This document shows positions 1-8,719 of a stretch of 64,000 bases of DNA, piece by piece. The first letter of the stretch is position 1, and every line of letters begins with the position of its first letter. The notes beneath the pieces were generated by a model. The model was not told where the DNA came from. It searched no databases and saw nothing but the letters and a program-made list of their open reading frames with translations. Location: contig JAVKHQ010000005.1 in NCBI GenBank assembly GCA_031459875.1, forward strand, positions 53,181 to 117,180, read 5' to 3'. Origin of the DNA: Candidatus Fervidifonticultor sextus (GTDB taxonomy: Bacteria > Sysuimicrobiota > Sysuimicrobiia > Sysuimicrobiales > Humicultoraceae). The position numbers were made by a program, and so were the translations under genes.

Positions 1-588
1 ACCCTCGTCGCCAGGGAAGGCCGGGACCACAAGGCGCTGATCCAGGAGATCTGCGCCCTCGTGCCGGGTCCGGTCAGCGTCGAGACCACCACCGCCGACG
101 CCGAGGGGATGGTCCGTGAGGGCGAGGTCTTCGCCACCTGGGCGCCCAACGTGGTGGTGAAGGTGCCGGTGACCCCAGAGGGGATCAGGGCCGCGAGGGC
201 GCTGGGGGCCAAGGGCATCCCCGTGAACGTGACGTTGGTCTTCTCGCTGCCCCAGGCGCTGATCGCGGCCAAGGCGGGCGCCCGGTTCGTCAGCCCCTTT
301 GTGGGCCGGCTCGACGACGCCGGTAGCGACGGCATGCAGGTCGTTCGGGACATCTGCACCGCCTTCGCCCACTACAAGTTTGGGACCAGGGTGCTCGCCG
401 CCAGCCTGCGCCACCCGGTGCACGTCGTCCAGGCGGCCCTGGCCGGGGCGCAGGTGGCCACGATGCCCTTCAAGGTGATGGAGCAACTCTTCAAGCATCC
501 GATGACCGACGTCGGGCTCGAGCGGTTCCTGGCGGACGCCCGCCGGCTGGCCGCCGAACTCGAAGCGCGCAAGACGGCGCGGGTCTAG
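1..588 (+). CDS. Transaldolase / fructose-6-phosphate aldolase family (5' end outside window)
   Basis: VVVKVP Schiff-base lysine, NVTLVFS, SPFVGRLDD and ASLRHP motifs; frame open to the window edge. Confidence 0.93.
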   Translation, partial: TLVAREGRDHKALIQEICALVPGPVSVETTTADAEGMVREGEVFATWAPNVVVKVPVTPEGIRAARALGAKGIPVNVTLVFSLPQALIAAKAGARFVSPFVGRLDDAGSDGMQVVRDICTAFAHYKFGTRVLAASLRHPVHVVQAALAGAQVATMPFKVMEQLFKHPMTDVGLERFLADARRLAAELEARKTARV

Positions 589-618
589 ACGCGGCCGTCG
601 CGGGAATAGATCGGAGAG

Positions 619-1893
619 GTGAGCGTTGACGTGCCGATCGCAGAACTGGAGGCCAAGACCCTGACAGAGCTCCAGGACATGGCCAAGGAGCTCAACATCC
701 CCAACTACCGGCGGTACCGGAAGCAGGAGCTGATCATGCGCGTGCTCCAGGTGCAGACCGAGGCCGCGGGGCTGCTGATCCGCTCGGGCATCCTGGAGAT
801 CATGCCCGAAGGGTACGGGTTCCTGCGGACCAACGGCTACCTGCCGGGCAACGAGGACATCTACGTGTCGCCCTCGCAGATCAAGCGGTTCGGCCTGCGG
901 GTGGGCGACGAGGTGCTGGGGCAGGTCCGGCCGCCCAAGGACAACGAGAAGTACTTCGCGCTGCTGCGCGTGGAGGCGGTCAACGGGCTGGACCCCGAGC
1001 AGGCGCGCACGCGTCCCGGTTTCGAGCAGTTGACGCCGGTCTTCCCCCACGAGCGCATCAAGCTGGAACTGCCCGAATCCGACCTCACCGTGCGGGTGGT
1101 CGATCTGTTCTCGCCCATCGGCAAGGGCCAGCGCGGCATGATCGTCTCGCCGCCCAAGGCCGGCAAGACCACGCTGCTCAAGAAGATCGGGCAGTCCATC
1201 GTCCAGAACCACAGCGAGATCTATCTGATGGTCCTGCTCCTCGACGAGCGGCCGGAAGAGGTTACCGACATGCGCCGCTCGGTCGAGGCGGAGGTCATCG
1301 CCAGCACCTTCGACCGCGCCCCCGAGGAGCACATCCAGGTGGCCGACCTGGTCCTGGAGCGCGCCAAGCGTCTGGTCGAGGGCGGCCGGGACGTCGTCAT
1401 CCTGCTGGACTCCCTGACGCGCTTCTCCCGCGCCAACAACCTGGTCATCCCGCCGTCGGGCCGCACGCTGTCCGGCGGCCTGGATCCCGCGGCCCTGCAC
1501 CGGCCGAAGCGGTTCTTCGGCGCGGCCCGCAAGATCGAGGAGGGCGGGAGCCTGACCATCATCGCCACGGCCCTGATCGACACCGGCAGCCGGATGGACG
1601 ACGTCATCTACGAAGAGTTCAAGGGCACTGGCAACATGGAACTGCACCTCAACCGCAAACTGCAGGAGCGCCGGACCTTCCCGGCCATCGACATCAAGAT
1701 GTCGGGCACGCGGCGCGAGGAGCTGTTGCTCACCGACGAAGAACTGCGCAAGGTCTGGGTGCTGCGCAAGAGTCTGGAGCAGCTCGACACCGTGGCCATG
1801 ACCGAGCTCATCCTGGACCGCCTGCGCAAGACCCCCAACAACGCGGCGTTCCTGCGGTCGATCGTCAAGAGCTCGGAGGAGAACGGCGCCTAA
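619..1893 (+). CDS. rho: Transcription termination factor Rho
   Basis: [46 protein letters not shown]. Confidence 0.98.
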   Translation: MSVDVPIAELEAKTLTELQDMAKELNIPNYRRYRKQELIMRVLQVQTEAAGLLIRSGILEIMPEGYGFLRTNGYLPGNEDIYVSPSQIKRFGLRVGDEVLGQVRPPKDNEKYFALLRVEAVNGLDPEQARTRPGFEQLTPVFPHERIKLELPESDLTVRVVDLFSPIGKGQRGMIVSPPKAGKTTLLKKIGQSIVQNHSEIYLMVLLLDERPEEVTDMRRSVEAEVIASTFDRAPEEHIQVADLVLERAKRLVEGGRDVVILLDSLTRFSRANNLVIPPSGRTLSGGLDPAALHRPKRFFGAARKIEEGGSLTIIATALIDTGSRMDDVIYEEFKGTGNMELHLNRKLQERRTFPAIDIKMSGTRREELLLTDEELRKVWVLRKSLEQLDTVAMTELILDRLRKTPNNAAFLRSIVKSSEENGA

Positions 1894-1922
1894 ACTCCCA
1901 GGCCTCCCCCATGGGGCGCACC

Positions 1923-1957
1923 TCGACGCCCGGCAGGAGGACGCGGCCGGGCGTCGA
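1923..1957. repeat. 12-bp perfect inverted repeat downstream of rho (possible terminator or stabilising hairpin)
   Basis: tcgacgcccggc ... gccgggcgtcga; no U-tract. Confidence 0.55.
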
Positions 1958-2099
1958 ATACTAGTGGCACTCCGCAGCAGGCTGGTTCGTCTGGGTTTCC
2001 TCGCACGACCGCACGCCGCCCGCGCGTGCGCAACATGCCGGTCGAATATCCAGCCCGGCGCAGGCCGGTGCGTCTGGCTGGGACAGGTAGGAGGCAGCA

Positions 2100-3173
2100 T
2101 TGCGCACAGCGGCACGGCTGGCGTGCGTGGCGGTGGTCCTGGCGCTGGCGACGGCGCTGGGGGTGCCGGAGCCGGTGGCCTCCCAGCCTCCGGTGCGATC
2201 CAGGGCCGATCGGACAGTCGTCCAGCCGCTGCACGACCTCTCGGCGCTCCACCCGCCGGTGGCCCGCGACGGCCGGCTGGTGTCGGCTGGGGCGCGGCCC
2301 CGGGGCCCGGTCGCCGGCGCTCCCGGAATCGGGGTCCCGCGGGCCAGCGCCCTCCCGGCGCGTGTCACGCCGCCGCGGGTCCACACCGTGCGCAGCGGCG
2401 ACACCCTGTGGGGCATCGCCAGGCGGTACGGGGTCACAGTGGAACGCCTGGCCGAAGCAAACCGAATCCAGGCGACCTCGACGCTGGCGACGGGGCGGTC
2501 CCTGGTGATTCCGCCCCAGGGAGGCGGGCAGGCCCCCGCAGCCCGGGCGACCTCGCGGCCTGCGCCGCCGCGTCCCGCACCCGTCACCCATATCGTCCAG
2601 CCGGGCGACACGTTGTGGGACATCGCCAGCCGGTACGGGACGCGCGTGGAAGACCTGATGGCCTACAACGACCTGGGCGACTCCGAGTGGATCAGGCCCG
2701 GCCAGCGGTTGATCATCTCGGGCCGCGCGCTCCCCAGGCACCGCCAGGTGGCCGCGCAGTCTCGCAGCGCCCGCCGGGCGCCGGCGGGGGAGATCGAGGC
2801 GCTGGCCGGGGGCCTGGCCTGGCCCGCGCGCGGGACCCTCACCTCGCGGTTCGGCTGGCGGTACCGGCGCCACCACGACGGGATTGACATCGCCAGTCCC
2901 CGCGGGACGCCGATCTTTGCCGCGCGCGACGGCGTGGTGGAGTTCGCGGGGTGGAAGGCCGGGTACGGCCGCGTCGTCATCGTCAGCCACGGGGGCGGTC
3001 TGGTGACGGTCTACGGACACGCGTCGAGCCTGCTCGTTAAAGCCGGCGAGTCGGTCAGGAAGGGCCAGGTGATCGCGCGCGTCGGCTGCACCGGTTCCTG
3101 CACCGGGTCGCACCTCCACTTCGAAGTCCGCCACAACGGCCGACCGATCAACCCGCTGCCCTACCTGCAGTAG
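2100..3173 (+). CDS. Secreted LysM-LysM-M23 peptidoglycan endopeptidase
   Basis: Signal peptide, two LysM repeats (HTVRSGDTLWGIA, HIVQPGDTLWDIA), M23 motifs HDGID and HLHFEV; aggagg before TTG. Confidence 0.92.
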   Translation: MRTAARLACVAVVLALATALGVPEPVASQPPVRSRADRTVVQPLHDLSALHPPVARDGRLVSAGARPRGPVAGAPGIGVPRASALPARVTPPRVHTVRSGDTLWGIARRYGVTVERLAEANRIQATSTLATGRSLVIPPQGGGQAPAARATSRPAPPRPAPVTHIVQPGDTLWDIASRYGTRVEDLMAYNDLGDSEWIRPGQRLIISGRALPRHRQVAAQSRSARRAPAGEIEALAGGLAWPARGTLTSRFGWRYRRHHDGIDIASPRGTPIFAARDGVVEFAGWKAGYGRVVIVSHGGGLVTVYGHASSLLVKAGESVRKGQVIARVGCTGSCTGSHLHFEVRHNGRPINPLPYLQ

Positions 3174-3272
3174 TCCATCGAAGCCCCGCCTGCCGTCGGG
3201 TGCCTCGACGGCCCAGGGGTGGTCTGGTATACTCCGGGTGTTGCCATTTGCGACTTTCCGAGGAGCGGTTCC

Positions 3273-3476
3273 ATGAAGGCCGGGATCCACCCTGAGTACC
3301 ACCAGGCCCGCGTCACCTGCGCGTGCGGCGAGACCTTTGTCACCGGGTCGACCAAGAAGTCAATCCGGGTGGAGATCTGCTCGAAGTGCCATCCTTTCTA
3401 CACGGGCCAGCGCAAGTTCGTTGACGCCGAGGGCCGCGTGCAGAAGTTCGCCCGCAAGTACGGCCTGAAGGTCTAG
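3273..3476 (+). CDS. rpmE: 50S ribosomal protein L31 (Zn-binding type)
   Basis: [23 protein letters not shown]; gagga SD; TG-N-TATACT upstream. Confidence 0.97.
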   Translation: MKAGIHPEYHQARVTCACGETFVTGSTKKSIRVEICSKCHPFYTGQRKFVDAEGRVQKFARKYGLKV

Positions 3477-3487
3477 CCTGGCCCGAA

Positions 3488-4288
3488 CTACTGCCGATCC
3501 AGCCACGCGAAAAAGTCTTTCTCGAACTCTTCCACCGGGCGACCGAAGACGGCCTCAAACTGGGTCGGGAAGACCGTGTCACCCGGCGCATAGAGCGCGA
3601 TGATCTTGGGCCACCCGGCGGTCTCGTGCAGGTAGATGCCCAGGGCTGCCGCGATGCGATAGAAATCCCCCAACGTCCTCGCATCCGGCGTCCCGATTCC
3701 GATCTGCCGGATGGAGAAGGCAGGCTGGTTCTTCCTGGCCTGCTGGGACCGGGGGAGTTGCGTGGCCTTCACGTACGCCGGAAAGTTAATGACCCTCCGT
3801 TCGTCCATGACCTTCAGCTTGTGTAGCTCGGCCGGCCCTTCCCAGAAAGCAAAGGGAGTTCTGCGGCGATCCATCCGCGACTGGCGCTGGTACAGGTGGA
3901 ACATCTCGTGCGGGACGGTCCACCAAACCTGCAGGTCGGGCCGCGCGGTATAACTGCGAATGTACTCGAGGTTCAACGCGAAGGCCCCCAGGGCCGACTG
4001 ACCGCTGTAGAGGTGGGATCGCCGCTCCGCGGTCGGCCGGTCGAACAACCCGAACTCCACGAGGACGTCGGCGAAGTCGGCCTTTGTGGCGCAGAGGTAG
4101 GCCTTTGGGGGCCCATCCAGCACCACGCCGAGCCTCCTCAGAGACGCCAGGCTGTGCAGCGTCGCCTGCTGGACGGCCTGGACCACGGCGGGCTCCACCT
4201 GGCCGCGCTGCACGATCTCGAACGGCAGTTGGGCGAGGGTCGGGTGGAGTGCCAGGGTCGTGGCGATTGCGCACACCACCAGGCTCAA
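3488..4288 (-). CDS. Secreted zinc metallopeptidase-like protein (peptidase MA/gluzincin-like)
   Basis: Hydrophobic N-terminus, HEMFH plus downstream WEGPAE; start uncertain. Confidence 0.6.
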   Translation of the reverse strand: MSLVVCAIATTLALHPTLAQLPFEIVQRGQVEPAVVQAVQQATLHSLASLRRLGVVLDGPPKAYLCATKADFADVLVEFGLFDRPTAERRSHLYSGQSALGAFALNLEYIRSYTARPDLQVWWTVPHEMFHLYQRQSRMDRRRTPFAFWEGPAELHKLKVMDERRVINFPAYVKATQLPRSQQARKNQPAFSIRQIGIGTPDARTLGDFYRIAAALGIYLHETAGWPKIIALYAPGDTVFPTQFEAVFGRPVEEFEKDFFAWLDRQ

Positions 4289-4520
4289 GGAGCGGCGGTG
4301 GGTCAGTCTTCTTGAGTCGTGCGTGATCGTAGGAAGTCCCCCCTCCGGTGTGACGTCGCGTTCTACGTCCTCCGGTCTACGGCGCCTCCAGGCGAGCCGC
4401 GACGGATTCCGGAACGGGGTTCGTAAGTTGCAGGCTGAAGGCCCGCGACGAGCCAGGGCAGGATCGCCTGGCTGATTCCGTCCGCCATCATCGCCCCATC
4501 GGCCATCGCCGCGTGGCGCC

Positions 4521-4572
4521 GCCGGACCCCGCCAGTCCTGAGGGGGGCCCTGCCAGACGGGCGGGGTCCGGT
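4521..4572. repeat. GC-rich hairpin downstream of PCu(A)C copy 1
   Basis: gccggaccccgcc ... ggcggggtccggt. Confidence 0.45.
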
Positions 4573-4578
4573 CGCCGC

Positions 4579-5094
4579 CTACGGCGCCGACATGCGCACG
4601 GGTACCGAGATGGCCACCGCTCCCGCCCGCTCGAAGTGCAGCGTCACGGCGAGCCGCTCCCCCTCTTTGAGGTCGCGCTTGAGTCCCAGCAGCATGATGT
4701 GGAGCCCACCCGGACGCAGCTGCGCCCGTCCGCGAGCAGGGACCACGATGGCCGGCACCTTGTGCATGCGACTCATGCCGCCCTCCATGCGCGTCTCATG
4801 GAGTTCCACCGCGGCGGCGACCCCGGCGTCGGCGCGCAACAGCCGGTCAGCCTGCGAGCCGGTGTTGTGAATGACCATGTAGATCGCCGAGGCGCCAGGT
4901 CCCATCTCCGTGCCTTTCCCATGGACACCGGCGGGTGCCGCGACGCCCGGCCGTGCCCAGGCCTTCTCGATCCTGATCGATGACGCAGGCGACGCGGCAT
5001 CGCCCGAGATGGTGGCGGCTCCGATAAACACGGCAGCGGCAACGAGGGGCGCACCCGAGAGCCACAGGTGCCTCATCTGACGTGACAGGTACAT
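4579..5094 (-). CDS. Copper chaperone PCu(A)C, copy 1
   Basis: AWAR, SAIYMVIHN, VELHET...MSRM, LRPGGLHIML; aaggag upstream. Confidence 0.92.
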   Translation of the reverse strand: MYLSRQMRHLWLSGAPLVAAAVFIGAATISGDAASPASSIRIEKAWARPGVAAPAGVHGKGTEMGPGASAIYMVIHNTGSQADRLLRADAGVAAAVELHETRMEGGMSRMHKVPAIVVPARGRAQLRPGGLHIMLLGLKRDLKEGERLAVTLHFERAGAVAISVPVRMSAP

Positions 5095-5148
5095 CTCTGG
5101 ATCACTCCTTTGCCAATCGGTCGCGACGCGAAGTCGGGCGTGTTGCAT

Positions 5149-5733
5149 CTAGTGCCTGAGCAGCTGACGGACGTCGTGTGCCACGTCGGCCGCGGTGGCC
5201 TCGTGGCTCACATTCAGACGCCAGCGTCCCTCCCGGTCGATGACGGGGACGTTCGTCGAGTGCGCTATGAGGTACCCCGCTGCGCTGTTGCGTACCGGGA
5301 CCTTCTGGAACGCGGCGCCGAAGAATCGGTAGGTCGCGGCCAACAGATGCGGGGGGCCTGTCAGACCTACGAACTCGGGGCTGAACAGACGGAGGTACCG
5401 GTCGAGGAACGCCGGGGTGTCAACCTCGGGGTCGAGCGTGATGAACACGAAGCGGACTCGCGCGGCGTCCGTCCCCAGTATCTTGGCGACGTCCCGGAAC
5501 ATCCCCAGGGTGAGCGGACAGACGTCCGGGCACCTGGTGTAGCCAAAGAAGACCAGGACGACGCGCCCCCGTTGCTCGGCGAGGTTGAACGGCCGCCCGT
5601 GCTGGTCGCTCAGCACGAGCCTCGGGACCGGGCGCGCAGGGTCGAGTTCGCGGGCTCGGAAGCTTGGGCGGTGGCACGCGGAGAGGAGCAGCACGGCCAA
5701 GCCGCTGGCGATCCATCTGATCCATCGGGCCAT
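5149..5733 (-). CDS. SCO1/SenC family lipoprotein, copy 1
   Basis: Lipobox LSAC, FGYTRCPDVCP, TLDPEVDTP, conserved His in IAHS. Confidence 0.93.
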   Translation of the reverse strand: MARWIRWIASGLAVLLLSACHRPSFRARELDPARPVPRLVLSDQHGRPFNLAEQRGRVVLVFFGYTRCPDVCPLTLGMFRDVAKILGTDAARVRFVFITLDPEVDTPAFLDRYLRLFSPEFVGLTGPPHLLAATYRFFGAAFQKVPVRNSAAGYLIAHSTNVPVIDREGRWRLNVSHEATAADVAHDVRQLLRH

Positions 5734-5828
5734 AACTAGCCTCCCGCGAAAGGTGTCTACCACGACGCCGCACCGCAACACGCCGGGAGTCGACGGCGTG
5801 GAGTGGCGGGCCGCAGTGGTGAGTCGGA

Positions 5829-6344
5829 TTAGGCTGGGCGGTGGGCTCGAGGCGGAGGGTCCGGAACGGGGAGGGGGATGGGCATGAGGCCCGGCGAGAC
5901 CGGGCGGGCGACCCGTTCGGTCGGCGGTGGCGCTCCCGGCATCACTGTCGCTGGCGCCGTGGCGACGGCCAGGCCCGAGACGCTGAGGACCTGCGCGCCA
6001 TGGGCGGTCCCGGGAAGGACGGACACGACACGCGGCAGTTCAGAAATTCGTCGGCTGCCGTGCGGGGGCCACGCCGCGCTCTTCCCGTTCTCACCATGAT
6101 GTCCGGGGGATCCGCGCTGCCGGTCGTGGCCGTGGCGACGGTGGTGGGCGAGCGCGTCGGCGCGCTGCGCAGGCGTACCGCCGATCACCACGTGCAGGTG
6201 GTACGGGTCGCGCTCCACCGCCTGCGTGTCGGCGACCGGGACGATCAGTCGCAAGACCATCGCCGGCAACGCAACCGCGGCCACAACCAGGAACGGACCC
6301 GGACGGCTTGAGCGATCTGCCGGCGCCGCGCGACATGGGAACAT
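5829..6344 (-). CDS. His-rich putative leader protein ending VPDPPPR, copy 1
   Basis: Hydrophobic segment, ERDPYHLHVVIGGTP..ALAHH, C-terminal PDPPPR; paralogous to 32883-33401 and 35201-35680. Confidence 0.8.
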   Translation of the reverse strand: MFPCRAAPADRSSRPGPFLVVAAVALPAMVLRLIVPVADTQAVERDPYHLHVVIGGTPAQRADALAHHRRHGHDRQRGSPGHHGENGKSAAWPPHGSRRISELPRVVSVLPGTAHGAQVLSVSGLAVATAPATVMPGAPPPTERVARPVSPGLMPIPLPVPDPPPRAHRPA

Positions 6345-6405
6345 GCCTGGCCGGTGTTCGACAGTGGTAGGATGAAGTCCTCCCCCCTTCCAACCCGATG
6401 CAGAC

Positions 6406-6520
6406 ATGGACATCCGGACGACGGCCCGCGGCAAGCGCGATGGCACCATCGTGCGCCACCTGCAGCTCGCCCACAACGAGCGGGGTCCGCGGACCGGAAT
6501 GCCCCGGGCCCGCGTCCTGT
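6406..6520 (+). mobile_element. IS1634-family transposase N-terminal remnant
   Basis: MDIRTTARGKRDGTIVRHLQLAHNE..PRARVL resembles the IS1634 transposase N-terminus as I recall it; the resemblance stops after ~38 aa. Confidence 0.65.
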
Positions 6521-6751
6521 CCCGGCAATCCGGGCCAACCTGGGAAGCGCCCGGAACTCCAAGGTGGCGGGCTCACCGGCCCTCACGACGACAGCCCGGG
6601 ATGTGGGAACCACCGCCAGGTCGGCGGAGAACGCCACGACGTCCCACGCGCCCGGCACCACCCGCAGGTGGGCCCTCCCCGTCGCGTGTCCCGTGGTCAT
6701 TGCACCGGCCCGCGCGTCATGGCAGTGTCCCAGCTTCGATCATGGTCCGTA

Positions 6752-7381
6752 TCAGGGCTTCTGGCTGATAGCCAGCCGCCCGTACCTCTCTGGAAGGAAC
6801 ACGCCCACGTTCCGCGGCCACCAGAAGCTGGGGCCACGGTCGTAGTTGTCCCAGTAGTGCAATCCGGTGGCCACCGTCCCGCCGAGTGCAACACCGATCT
6901 CCTCCAATGGGACCGACAGCTCGTACATCATGTGGCGCGCTGCGGGCGGGCCCATCGCCGCGCCCCGTGCGCGGCTGTCGAAGTGAAATGTCCGTCGGCC
7001 TCGCGCATCGATGCGGTCCGTGCGCAGCCGGCCGTCGCCATAGAGCCAGTAGCCGACCTCGCCCTTGAACCAGATGGCCATGTTGTCGAAGCCGGTGTGG
7101 GGAGGGCTGGACGCCGTGGTGTTGGTGATGTCGTGGATGGCGTCGACACCCACGTAAAGCCGCTCCGTATCGTTCATGACGAGGAAGACGCACCGCGCAC
7201 CCCCATCGCGGCTGGCCAGGGTCAGGCGGGCCGCTGCCCGCCACTCGTCCTCTCCGACGACCCCGTCGATGTCAGGCGGCGTGACCGCGTAAGGACTCTG
7301 GAGCACCTCCTGCCCACCGGCTCCTCCCGCGAGGAGACCGGCGATCGCCAGAAGTGCGCCAGCGGCCCCGACCCGTCTCAT
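6752..7381 (-). CDS. Secreted protein, CBM9/DOMON-like sugar-binding fold
   Basis: Signal peptide, PPDIDGVVGEDEW, MNDTERLYVG, YELSVPLEEIG. Confidence 0.6.
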   Translation of the reverse strand: MRRVGAAGALLAIAGLLAGGAGGQEVLQSPYAVTPPDIDGVVGEDEWRAAARLTLASRDGGARCVFLVMNDTERLYVGVDAIHDITNTTASSPPHTGFDNMAIWFKGEVGYWLYGDGRLRTDRIDARGRRTFHFDSRARGAAMGPPAARHMMYELSVPLEEIGVALGGTVATGLHYWDNYDRGPSFWWPRNVGVFLPERYGRLAISQKP

Positions 7382-7440
7382 ATCACCTGCTCCGGGTTTG
7401 GGACGCGGATGGGGGGCGTCCGTTCACGTTTGGTCCACCG

Positions 7441-8004
7441 CTATGGCATTCGTGGAATCTGCGACGCAGGCCAGAGACCATCGGCGGATCCCGCCGGGAA
7501 GACTTGCAAGTAGTAGACCGTATTGGCTGGTACGGGCAGCGGCACACCCGTTTGTGTGTAGCCGCCAATGGCTAACCCAATGTGGTCATACACGGCGACG
7601 ATGAAACCGGTCCTGTCGCTGAGAAGCCAGCGGAAGCTGGGGGTGCCATATACCTGCCACGCGGTCTGAAGGGGAGTGCCCAAGGCCACACCCTCGGCTG
7701 TACGGAACCGGATCGCCTCACCAGCCCCCTGGAGCAGCAGGGCTACCACTTGATCGGTGTCGCGACGGACGAGGGCAACGAGCGCCCAGCGCTGTCCCTG
7801 CGGTCCGAACGTCCATCCTATGGCCGCGAGGGTCGGGTTGGCCGCCGCCCCCAGGTTCTGCGGGAGCCCCAGTTGCATGCGCAGTGCCGCGCCCGTCACG
7901 CCGAGCCGGTAGGGGCCGATGCGGTCCCCAGGTACCATCACCGAGTCCTCCGGCGTGGCGGCGGCGCCTGGGAGCCAGGCGAAGGTGGCGCCTGCCAGCG
8001 TCAT
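7441..8004 (-). CDS. Hypothetical secreted protein (PG.RIGP..LG family)
   Basis: MVPGDRIGPYRLG ... FRTAEGVALG; paralog of 8102-8584 and 52192-52800; start uncertain. Confidence 0.65.
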   Translation of the reverse strand: MTLAGATFAWLPGAAATPEDSVMVPGDRIGPYRLGVTGAALRMQLGLPQNLGAAANPTLAAIGWTFGPQGQRWALVALVRRDTDQVVALLLQGAGEAIRFRTAEGVALGTPLQTAWQVYGTPSFRWLLSDRTGFIVAVYDHIGLAIGGYTQTGVPLPVPANTVYYLQVFPAGSADGLWPASQIPRMP

Positions 8005-8101
8005 GAGCAGAAGCGCGAGTCTCGTAGCGGGCGTCGAGCCGCCGCCGATCCGCCTGTGCGCAGGGTCGATGACGGGTGCTGGCGACCCAGGCGGTCTTTG
8101 G

Positions 8102-8584
8102 CTACTGGGATTTGTGATCAAAGACCCCAATGGCAATGATCCTGCCCTCTTTGGTCTGCACATAGAGCCCAATTCTCCAGTAGGCGCGCGCTTCGACATT
8201 TCCCGGATATTGGTGGCGCCATTCCGGTCGACCGAAGCGGTCGAGCTCTGAACCAGGACTGCCAAGGCCGACGCCATCGGCCGTCCTGAAGACCCGGTTC
8301 GCCTCAGAGTCGAGGAGCGTCGCGGCCGAGACCGTGTGGGTCGCGTTGAAGAACGAGAAGTAGATACGCTTGTCCCGCCAGAGCATGCCGTAGGACTGAG
8401 GCATGGTGGTCGAACCTCGTTCCCCGACCGACCCCATCAGGCCGATCACGCCGGCCAGCGTCATGCCCAGATTGTAGGGTCCGATGCGTTTGCCAGGGAC
8501 GATCAGGGTGCCGTCTTCAACCTGCGCAGCGGCCAATGTGTGCGCCGCCAGGATGCTGACGAGAACCGCGAGTCCTTTCCGCAT
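8102..8584 (-). CDS. Hypothetical secreted protein (PG.RIGP..LG family)
   Basis: Signal peptide, IVPGKRIGPYNLGMT, FRTADGVGLG. Confidence 0.75.
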   Translation of the reverse strand: MRKGLAVLVSILAAHTLAAAQVEDGTLIVPGKRIGPYNLGMTLAGVIGLMGSVGERGSTTMPQSYGMLWRDKRIYFSFFNATHTVSAATLLDSEANRVFRTADGVGLGSPGSELDRFGRPEWRHQYPGNVEARAYWRIGLYVQTKEGRIIAIGVFDHKSQ

Positions 8585-8719
8585 GACGCCACTCCACGAG
8601 AAGGTCGCGCCCGGTCACCCGGTCAGCTGACGGCCTACCTGTCTTGAATTGTTCAGCAGGCCCGGACGGCCCGCAAGGAGAAACATTCGCAAAACTTCGC
8701 AGGTCGTGGGGGACATCCG

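Noticed and set aside
1960..2099. Possible c-di-AMP (ydaO) riboswitch before LysM-M23
   Set aside because: Hallmark GCUGAAUCC and GGGGGAACC sequences absent
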